Source of the DNA: Hydrolagus affinis
Taxonomy: Eukaryota
Direction: 5' to 3'
Length of the DNA stretch: 64,000 nucleotides
NCBI GenBank assembly: GCA_012026655.1
Contig: JAAILG010001433.1
Span: forward strand, 1 to 64,000
In this document: positions 37,523-48,100 of the stretch, piece by piece
Position numbering within the stretch: position 1 is the first letter of the stretch
Layout: every line of letters begins with the position of its first letter
Notes under the pieces: generated by a model
Seen by the model: only the letters and a program-made list of their open reading frames with translations
Database searches by the model: none
Told to the model about the DNA's origin: nothing
Program-made: the position numbers and the translations under genes

Positions 37523-39329
37523 GAGTGAAATGGAGAATTAGTTCAACAAATTAAAACAAAGCATAATCTTTTCAAGAAGAGATTGACCTGAACTCAAGGT
37601 TTCTTAGCATGATAATAGGGATCATGTCAGCTACATATAGTAGATATGGATTATCACTTATTTTGGATATTGGCCCAGTGAAATCTTGCATATCTGGTGA
37701 TGAACCAATTATTAAACCCGAGTCATTAGCCTGAAGGAACTCTTCAATTAGCCATCCCTCTGTCACTGAGGTCCATGAGGACAGAGACACTGCATCTTGC
37801 CACTGATGATGTTTGCATTTGATATCAGCAGTGGGCAGGTCATTTAAATTAGAGAATAAAACCATATCTAGATCCTCAGGGGACACAGGCAGCTTCGGGA
37901 ACAACATCTGTGTTCCACAATTCCTCATTACCAGGTTGTAAGAGTTAAATGCAAGATATCAAGGACCAGCTCACCAGAGACATACTTGTCATGGAACCCA
38001 GTTCAAGGAAAGACACGCCACTTGTGCTGATGAAATCAAAGCTGAATCGTCAAATATACTTAAAGAAGTATTGAAATGTTGTGGTAGTTAGACAGTATCA
38101 CAGTAGTGAAACGCATCATCGAGTAAGAAAGGTTAAACTCTCTGACCTTTTGCAAGGATGCTCTCAAGGATCAGTACGGACAGCACAAAATGCCTCTAAC
38201 AGCCAAGTGCTCAGATCACTGAGAGACCCGTTCAGTCTAACAATGATCAGAAGTGGATTCTGCATTGGGAGGTTAACACTATGATTCTTGTGCAAGTGAA
38301 AACACAATTGAAAACCTTACGCTTGAGGCGCAAAGACCACAGATTCACTCCCATGATTACTCAGCAGAGCCTATATTCTTCACCACAGGGAGTATGAGGG
38401 AATCAGAGAGCCAGTCACCACATGCTGCTCTTAAATAACTCAATAGAGCAACTTTTGTAGAAGCCTGGGAGCAACCACAAGCAGTATAGCATAGGAGATT
38501 TTTTCAGCACAAGGATAGGAGTGCTATTTTTAGTGGTGAGGTTGTGAACAAAGCATTTTATCTATTCAGCAAAGGACTCGTGATATAGGTGATCGAGGTT
38601 TCTGTCCTTTGCCCAGGTATTGAATCTGCACACAAACAGCATCAAATCCATGAAAATTAGAATTCTGACACCAATATTAAAAGTACTGGCAGATAACCGT
38701 TGACTTCAGCTCTCAAAGGATGTCTTCTGTCTGCAAATACTCAATAGGAGATCTGTTCAAAATAAAAACTAGCTAAAAACACAATGTGAGAACATATATG
38801 AAGTACGAAAAAGAACTTCCCATCACTCCAGCATCTTTCTCCCCTAGGACTTCCAACACTAAATCCTCTTTGTTTAATATCATACACTATTTTGTTCCAA
38901 CATAATTTCTTTAAATGTGGAGGCTAGCATCAAGCAATCTAGCAAACTTCTTCATTCATTGAAATGTATTGGACCTTTGTCATCCTCCCTGTACCTGTTT
39001 GCCTGTGCCATGATTTAGCCTACTATTTCCCCTTATTATCAGTAACAATTGTATATACCTTATATTGTAAATGTATACAGTAGTCTGAGGTACAATTTTG
39101 CACCAGTTCTAAACAATATAATCTCTCTGATACAGATCTAAACATCTGCTGCTTTGAAGTACCACCTGACCTCAGCAAAGGCATTCCAGGACAATTTGAT
39201 CTCTGAATCTTGGGCAAGTTTCTAGATCTATCCACTTGAGTAATTCCTAGTGACACTTGTACTTTAATTTGAGTTCCAAAGTCCATCCAATCATCATGTG
39301 CAATTCCATTCAACTGAAGAAATGGAGTG

Positions 39330-40110
39330 CAGGTAGACCCCGCTTACTGAACGTCCGGTTAACGAAAGTTCACAATAATGAGGGTTTCTATTTGTACCAC
39401 TTATCTGCTTAATAAAGGCTGTATTTGCTATAACGAACATTTACACACACTTTAAATCTCGCAGGCTTCTCGTGTGCAGCTTCTCATGGGTAGCATATGG
39501 GAGAAGCTTAAGCGGCGGGATGCTTTGTGGCTTCAATAATAGTAAGTCAAATCCTGTCTGTATTTTATTGTTTATTGTTGTATTTACTAACATTTTAATG
39601 TTTTATTGTTGTATTTAAAGTTGTGTAACCTTCAATAGCAGTTATATCTACCTTAGGCCTTCGCTAGTACAGGTTGAGTGTCCTGAATCTAGCAACCTCG
39701 GGCCCTTAGCCGAGCCTAGGTTCGGGTATTTCCAGACTTCAGAATGCCTGAAGCGCGTCACATGTTTGGAAATGCCTGGGCCCAGGTTGTAATATTTCAG
39801 TCCAGTGACTGAAGACCTGGCCTGGAGCAGGTAGGATTGGCGTTTTTATTCTTGAAATTTTTGTCACATTCCAGATTCCAGAACTCCGGATTTTGGAGTA
39901 CACCAAATCTGTATGTTCGAATGTGTACAACCTGTACCCTGAAAATGTTAGCGCTAGGAACTAAACTGATGTTAGTGGAGAGGCTCAGGTCGGGGCAGCG
40001 TTTTGGCTGCGGCCAAATACAGTAATATAGTTGAACTCTCGCTTAACGAAATTTTCGCTTACCGAAGGGTTTTAAAGTCCTTAACCCCTTCGTTAAGCGG
40101 GGTCTACCTG
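39330..40110. mobile_element. Non-autonomous Tc1/mariner (Tigger/pogo-like) DNA transposon
   Basis: 17-bp perfect TIR caggtagaccccgctta / taagcggggtctacctg. Flanks are TG (left) and TA (right). Subterminal gcttaacgaa-like motifs are repeated. Confidence 0.88.
39670..39934. mobile_element. Second Tigger-like MITE nested in the first
   Basis: TA-caggttg..caacctg-TA. The left end caggttgagtgtcc resembles Tigger4/MER46-type termini as I recall them. Confidence 0.68.
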
Positions 40111-40896
40111 TACTTCATATAAAAGAGTAAATATTAGGCTGAGACCAGCATCCAGCTTGCTTTGTTGGGGAAACACCTTCATCAAATCTACGATAAAAAG
40201 AATAGAGCCGGTTTAGTTGTAGAAATCCCTTAAAACAATTCTAAGCTTCTGAGCAATGTCCAGCTTCTGTTTGAGAGGGACAGACAGAACATTTATATTA
40301 ATCATTTGCTTCTAAACTGTAAGGGCAGAATGTTTTCTTTTGAAACTAACCTAAATTCTAATTTCAAAAAATGTTATGAGTTGAAACTTCTAACTAACAC
40401 AGTAATCATGTGGTGCTTACAAAACCAGCAGTTTTGGAAATATCTCTGAAACTCTGAATACCCATGTGCTACTGAATTGGATATGCTGCTTGGGTGTGCC
40501 CAAATTGATATCTGTACTTTGAAAATTTAGCTGAAGCGTTGAAACTCTTATACTGTAGTAATTACCTACACTATGTACTGTATTTGCAGATCTGAATTAT
40601 TTAAAACATTTTTGAAGGTTAAAGCATTTTAAAAGTTGGTTTGCAACAAAATAGATAGGTCATTGTCAAAATGTTGGTGATTATCTTTCGAGTCACATGT
40701 TTATTGTTGGAAGAGATATGGCCTCAGGCTATGATGAGTGTTTCTCTCTCCTTGTGACTTGTAGTCATGTGTAAATTGAAAAAGATTACTCACAATTGTA
40801 ATCTCTAACCTGTAAAATCACAAAGTTAATTTTTCTGAAGTTACTTTCATTTTGATGATAAAAATGCAGATTAACCAGGATCAAAAGGTGACTGTT

Positions 40897-41152
40897 TGGA
40901 GGTCTGTAGCTCAGTGGTTAGAGCACTCACCTCGCAAGCGAGAGACCTGGGTTTGATTACTGGCAGGGCGAAATGTTGGGCAAGTTTCCTTACTCCACAC
41001 GCCTAATAATAATCTCTCAAGATTAAAAAAAAAGCTGCAGCATTTCACCCATAAAAATATAGTCAATTCATTTTACAGTATATTCTGTGAAGTGCTTTGA
41101 GACTCTGGAAGATGCGAAAAGTGCTATATCAAATGCAAGGATTATTATTATT
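40897..41152 (+). mobile_element. tRNA-derived SINE (short subfamily, internal deletion)
   Basis: Head tgtagctcagtggttagagcactcacctcgcaagcgagagacctggg; tail gtgctatatcaaatgcaagg followed by (att)n. Confidence 0.93.
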
Positions 41153-41182
41153 TGTTAGTGACATTTTGAAAAATGCACAACA

Positions 41183-41586
41183 ATATAATCCTTGCTTTTC
41201 GTATTGTGCTTTTCAAATCTGGAGGACATCTCAATGTGCTTCACAGGTTTTGTTGTAGATTGTAGTGACTGTACATTTTGTAGGCAAATGTTGCAGCCAA
41301 TTTGCACTTAGGCCTAAAATGAATGACCATTTCATAAATTATTTTGGGGCGATTATTGGCCAGGACTTTGGAAGAAACTCCCTTCTCTTTTCGACTAGTT
41401 CCCTGGACCATTAACTTCTAACTGAACAGGCATACGGGACCTTGGTTTATTGTCTCATCCAAAGGATGACACCTCTAACAATACCACACACCTCTGCAAT
41501 AGAACGTAATCCTAGACTATATGAGTTCACGTCCTGATGTGGATCTTCTGACTCAGAGGCGAGAGCTCTATCTACTGAGCTAGGCT
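41183..41586 (-). mobile_element. Old full-length DeuSINE (SacSINE1-like)
   Basis: Reversed Deu motifs gcagccaatttgcac, ttggccaggac, ggtttattgtctcatccaaaggatgacacctc, and head cttctgactcagaggcgagagctctatctactgagcta. Confidence 0.82.
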
Positions 41587-41879
41587 ACGTTTGTAGCATT
41601 GATTTTCCTGATTATCTTTCGAGTGTTTATTATTGAGAATTGTACAGCAAACATTTTAAGTTAAACCGCTTTTATTATGTTAATTGAATACAAAGACAAT
41701 ATTTATATTAACCAATGTCATTTCCATAACATCCTCAAGTCGCAATCAAAATAAGTTATAAAATCCTGTTTTCAAGGACTAGTAGTAAGAACATGGGTAA
41801 CAAAAGAGTAGTTAATTCAATCTGTGAGGCTTCTTCATCTTAAAGTCTAGGACAACACTTTAAATCAATTTCTCTAACT

Positions 41880-42140
41880 TTCTCATATCCCTTATATCTT
41901 TTTGTAACAGGTATCTATTGATATCTCTCATGCACTTTGTATCTATGGCCTTCGCGAAGACTCTCAAAACCCTTTGTGTAACTATTTTTGTTTGTGTAGC
42001 CCTTTCACTGCTTAGCTTTACTTTTTAGTTACAGTGTGTCCTAGATTCCTCCAACTTGAGAGACATGTCATAACCTATTTACTTTGGTTGTAGTCTTCAT
42101 TATTTTGAACATCTCAATCAGATTCTCTCAACAATGCTGA
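41880..42140 (-). mobile_element. Decayed CR1 fragment
   Basis: ctcatatccctt..cctagattcctccaac..cttcattattttgaacatctcaatcagattctctc. Confidence 0.5.
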
Positions 42141-42268
42141 ACAGTGAAATATATACCAAGTTACATTTTTTCCAAGCCTTTCATCATAATTTCTAATAGA
42201 AGAATTTTATTTCATCTGAGCTTTTTTGTGGTTCAGGATTGTTCCTTTGATGTTGATTCAACAAAAAT

Positions 42269-42396
42269 GATAATAATTCTTACATTTGATTCAGACCTTT
42301 CATGTCAGGAGGACATCTCAAAGCATTTCCAGAATTCACTGTAAATTATAGGGACTGTGTTTTATAGGTGAATGCAACAACCAACCTGCACTCAGC
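42269..42396 (-). mobile_element. SINE 3' tail fragment
   Basis: ataataattcttacatttgat..cctttcatgtcaggaggacatctcaaagcattt. Confidence 0.72.
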
Positions 42397-43890
42397 GACA
42401 ACATACCTCCAAAATACCATCACAATATATTTATTTATTAAAATAACATCTAGACAGATTTAAAAGTAAATCATTTAGTTTACTTGTGTACACCTGGTAT
42501 GTTCCAGACCTGGTGAGAGACTTTATTTATTTGCAATTCGGCTGCATTGTTCATGGGTTGATGTATTTGAAGCTGCCTATACGATAATTTGCAGAACCAA
42601 TTCACTACAGTTCTGAGTAGGCTGGAGAATCATTGATTGCATTACCCTACAGAAAAAAAAGCATAGAGCTTCAAATTGGATATAAATTATAAATAACTGG
42701 AGAGAAATATGTAAGTTTCAGACTGAACATTCTTCTGATACACGCGGAGGAAAAAGATGTTAGTGCAGGGCTTATTAACTGGATTATTATAGGTTGATGA
42801 AGTTGACTGAAGGCGGTGACTACCAGCGTCCATAAAATCCTAAATGATTCGGCTGATTCACCTTTTTTTTCTTTTTTCAGTTCTGTCCATTAATACAGGC
42901 TAGTAGCAGGTCAATCTAATAAGCAGAGGGTCAACACATGCACCATCAGTGTATAGACATTTGTAGAACAATAAAGGCATACGAAAATGTAACCGTGTGG
43001 GTGGATGACTTGAAACAGGAGGAAAACATAGCAAGTAATGGTTCATTTCTGCATCCACTGAACCCTATGATCAGACTGAAAAAAAATGCTTAGCCTAGAG
43101 TTGCCTTTCAAAAAAGGAATACAATAAAAGAGCTACAATATGTGCTTTTAGTATAGTTTTAGAAGCAAAAATTGATCTGTTTTTGCATTATAATAAAGAT
43201 GATGTTTTCCCTGATAATAAGTAGCCTGTATTTAACAAATGCCCTTTTTTGATATTAGAAATTTTTTCTGTCCTTTAAATAGGAGAAATGAAATCAATAT
43301 ATAATTTTACGATGTTGCAGACTATATTCCTAAATAATTATAACCATTAAATAGTGAGCTGTTTGTCACCTTAATATCCACAATTATAGGTGGTGAGGGA
43401 AAATATTCTCAGGGTGGAGGCCGAGCAAAACTCAGTTGAAGGATCTGACCCCTTAAACCGCTGGCTTGACTGACAGATCAGTCGGCTAATCAAATGCCCT
43501 ATCTATCCCTACCCACCTGCCACCTATGTCCACAATTAAGCTTTCACAAATTATGTACTGTTTATCGTCATATCTGGTGACTTCTGTTAAATTCACCAAG
43601 TGACATTATTAAACAATATTAGAAAATAATAAAATCCTATTACATTGTAGAGGGTTTTGGACAGATGGTAATGCTTTCAGGTTTCAGTGATTAACCTTTC
43701 AACAGCTTCAGTATCTGTTTTGTATCATAAAGACTAACAAGATTACATCATGCAAATGTATTGAGTGAATACAGGGTATAAAGAGATGTTCTGTGACATG
43801 TAAACATGTCTACTATAATACTGTAAATAACCAGCATGAGAAATTTATGACCATATTTTAGTAAGTTCCCTCTGTTCAGTGCAGGAGAAT

Positions 43891-44241
43891 TGGAGCCATG
43901 TAGTGTAGTGATTAGAGCACTTGCCTCAGAAGAGAGGGGACCCTGGTTTGATTCCCGGTCAGGTCAGGGTGCAACCTTAGGCAAGTTTCCTTACTCCACA
44001 GACACACACCTCTGCTTACCTAGCAGTAAGTAGGAAGCTGTTTGTCAATTGGCACATCGTTTTTCAGGGCGTAATAATACTTTTTAAAAAAAATTGTTCA
44101 CTCAATTGTTCCCGACTGTGTGTGGGACACTGCTGTGTGCAATTTTGTGTTACATACACAAAATATACAGTCAATTCACTTTACAATATATCTGTGAAGC
44201 ACTTTGAGAAGCACATTATATCAAATGCAGGGATTATTATT
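43891..44241 (+). mobile_element. Full-length tRNA-derived SINE (long subfamily)
   Basis: Head, then ccttaggcaagtttccttactccaca..ctctgcttacctagcagtaagtagg, Deu-type gggacactgctgtgtgcaatt, and tail. Confidence 0.88.
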
Positions 44242-44854
44242 CAATTGAATAATTTACTTTAGAAGTTGCAAAGAATGTATAGCATCAAAGACAAATGGTT
44301 ATAACTGTTATGATATTGTAACATATATCAGCACTATTTTCTGTAAGAAATTATACAAAGTATAAAGTATAATTTGGATTTGTAATGTACTGATTTTATT
44401 TCAGTGTGTTTTACAAAAGGAACAAAGGAAACAAAATCCTTCATACTTATTTCAAACTGTGTTAAATGACAGGTATAGAGAATAATAGTAATTGAGAATT
44501 ATTTTAATATTGAATTGAAATAGGATCATAATCTACAAGAAAAGCATGAGCATTTTTGAATTCAGAATTAGACTATTGGCTTCAAAATCACTCCCAGATG
44601 TTTTAAATTTGATATGTTAATTCTATATGATTTTTCAGCTTTTTGTCCAGTTTTACATTGACTTTTATGAATGTTGCTGACTGGTTCAGCATTGTTCTTT
44701 CTGAAGGATTAAGAAGAATAGAGGAATCTTCAGGATTGGCAAGGTCCATTGTTGTAACCCATGTGTCTGTACCCTTCAATTTATTTGCCAAATTGCTATC
44801 TTATTTCTCTTAAAATGATAGTTTAATGATAGTGATATACTTTCTACAAACTTA

Positions 44855-45125
44855 TTGAGCAAACCATAATCTAGATTTTATAAATAGGGCTATAGAATAA
44901 AACACCAAAGAGGTGATGTATAAATCGTTAGGCAGACTGCACTTTGCCTATTTTGGAGTTATCAAATTTTAAAGAGGATTTCAGGGCATTGAAGAAAGAG
45001 GAGAATTACTCAGGTGATGCCAGGGATGAGTGGTTTGACCTATGAACAGAGTTTGGAGGAATTGCATCTATTTTCGCAGAGAAGATGAGGGAGTTCTGAT
45101 AGAGGTCTTTAAAATTATGAAGGGG
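44855..45125 (+). mobile_element. Decayed CR1 ORF2 fragment
   Basis: ataaatagggctatagaataaaacaccaaagaggtgatgtataaatc..gttctgatagaggtctttaaaattatgaagggg (LIEVFKIMKG). Confidence 0.65.
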
Positions 45126-48100
45126 GCTTTCAATTTTTCACTTTGCAGGGTTGATAATGTGCCTGATTTGTTTCACAGAACAAATTATTGGCTAAACCTA
45201 GATTTGCACACTAATCCTACAAACTGAGCTTCATAACACTGTCTTGTCATTTGTCCAGCAGGCATTGTAGAGGTTGTATGCAATAAGCAAATGTATTTGC
45301 TGCCACAAATCTTCAAGGTTACTGCTGCAAGCAACTTTAAATCGTATTTCATCGCTTTCTACAGGAAAGCGATTTGGAGCAGAAAATAGTATTTATATTT
45401 CGCGCTCCAAAATTTCTCATTGGGACTGTAGAGAGCTTTTTGCATGATCAGAAAAGCCCATACAAAGCGTTTCATGTGATTTAGCTTTCTTATATTAATA
45501 CAAGATCTGGAGTGTTACTGGCTCTTTTAAATATTAAAGCTATAACTTTTCAAGGGCTATTTTAAACAGAAATTAAGTAAATTCACATGGACTGCATCTA
45601 CTACACTGAAGCAATGTGAATTGTCACCAAGAAAACAATTTGCATTGTGGAGTGCATATGAAGTAGCTTTAACATGTGGTCTTCAGCATAATTCACTTCC
45701 AGAAGGTGAACCGGAAACTTGATTTATGCTACATTTTTAAACATCAATTTGGCCCCATTTTCACATCAAAAGTGCAGTATAAATAGGGCATAAGTGACAG
45801 TCGTGCTGCATTTTACCGTGGCAAACCTTGAGTTTGGTGCTTAGTTCAGCATCTGTTCATGAGAACTGACCCAGATCACATGGCTATGGCCCAGTTTTGT
45901 TCTGTCTCATTTGATTATACCGTGTGTATTGTCACTAACCAAGCTAGGCATGTCAATCACCACTGCAGCTTACAGATAGTTGACCTTCAGCTTGTGGGTT
46001 GTATTATATGCCAAACAGCTGAGTTGAGTGAGAAAGGTGTTTAAAGGACCTAGAAGAGTTCATATATGAATGGGGAGATTTACAAAATGATCGCAAAAAC
46101 ACTTAGCTTTGGTCCTAAGTAGCCATTGTGCTGATATGAATCTAAATCTCAGCAGTTAGACGCCAGCATTTTATGACAACCAGTCATCTTTTAAAGAAGT
46201 GAGGCTGTTCAATTATTAAAATCAGTATTGTCACAGTTTGACAGTTCAGTGGTTGAAGACTGCAGTAGCATCATTTAAAAAAAAATGTTTTGAGAATCAA
46301 CTACGCTGCTGAACACAACCAAGGCTGCCATTTTGTAAGCAGTGCTACAGAAGCCATCTTATTGAGGTGCTGCTATTTCCTGTCACTAGCATCTTGAATA
46401 TAAACTTTACAGGGAGAAAAATCAGTGCACACATATCATCATTAGGTAAGCTACTAATCTGTTGTCTGATATTAACTACAGCCTCCACATGTTAAGATGG
46501 AATGTTACTTTCTAAAATAATAGTGACTGTTGTTTTAAGACCAATGTTCATTTTGTTGTTTGCTGGTGCAGCTGCGAGTTTTAAATAAAAATCATCTTAA
46601 TTTCTAAAGTGGCAGGAGTAGCCTCCAATACACAACTTAATGCACTGACATTTTTTAAATCATCCTTATAAATGCACAACTTGTTTGCTAATAAATGTTC
46701 TTCTTGGATCACAATCCTGTTTGGATCAGCATTTCTGTAAACTGCAGATAAAAATAGCCAGTTTGCTAATCTTTGTTCCACAGCCCATTAAATCATTCAT
46801 TCAGCTATTCACCATAAGCAAAACAGATACAGTTTACGAAAACCTTTGTTTTCCACAAAAGTGGACTTTGAAGATCTTCTATACACTCAGTCTAGGTGAA
46901 ACTTGGCCATGGATAGACTGGGATTTATGTGCAGAAATAAAATCAAATAAAACCAGACAACTGGGTGACATTTTTTTGCTTGGATATGGATGCTGTATTT
47001 CAGTTGTTGCTGAAACAGGAATTCTGTACACTGTAGTATAGTACTTGGCATTGTGTTTCATTGGAGTGCTGCTTGGATGAAGAATTTGTCTATCTGTTTA
47101 CGAATTTGATGGTATCAAAAATGACGCTGCTCACTTTTCGATTATCACGTGGTTGTAGCCCTACAGGACTGCGGGGGTTTATTTACTCGCCTGTCATTTT
47201 TCAGAATCTAGTACATTGGGGTCGAGATTCTGCAAATTGGCTGGAAGATGACCCTTTGAGAAACATGTCCATTGTCATAATGAAAAGTGAAGCAGGAAAT
47301 CAGCAAGAGAATTGTAAATGAAGTTAGTTATTAAATTTCAGAACAGTTAGAAAAGAGTATAAATTAAAATCCAAAAGGACAGAGAAAGAATAGAAAAACA
47401 AGACGTAATAAATTGTGATTTTAAATTTATTTAAATTTATGTCCTGGTATTTAAGAAGCTTCAGTATGTCAGCTGAGAAATTGCAAAACCAATTGGCCCA
47501 TGGAGTTAGATGTTTATGTATACCTACTGGTAATCTAAGAGTTAACTGGTAAAATGTCAGGAAACTGAGCTTCTCCATTTTGGAGACTCTGAACTGGCCT
47601 GGTGGAGTTTCTCTGTCTTTCAAAGTGATAGAGGCCCATCCAGCACTCAAAACTGACACAACTAATGTGTTTCAAATCAACTTCTAGGCAACATGTCACT
47701 TGTCACACTTTGGAGTGTGATTGTCTGACTGCTAAAGTAACACTAATTGTTAATGCAAGTGGAATGTTAGCGAAACAAAATGTAGATTTTAAGATTTTTG
47801 TTTATAAATTGATCACCGCCGAGGATGAATGGTTTGGATGGTTAACACCTAAGTATTCTGAATGTTTTTATAAATATTTTCAGCGGGAGCTAAAAAAAAG
47901 CAACAGTCTTTTAATATTAATATTGTGCCTCTTGCTTACATCCCTGGTTTGTTTACCACGTTGAAAGCACGAATGATAAAATGTATTTCAGTTTGAGATA
48001 TCTTTTTCCACTAAATAATCTAATATGAAAGTGGATGCAAACACTTAACTCTCTCCCTTTTTCTCTCTCCCTGCCAGGTACAGAACGGCATGAGCTCACT

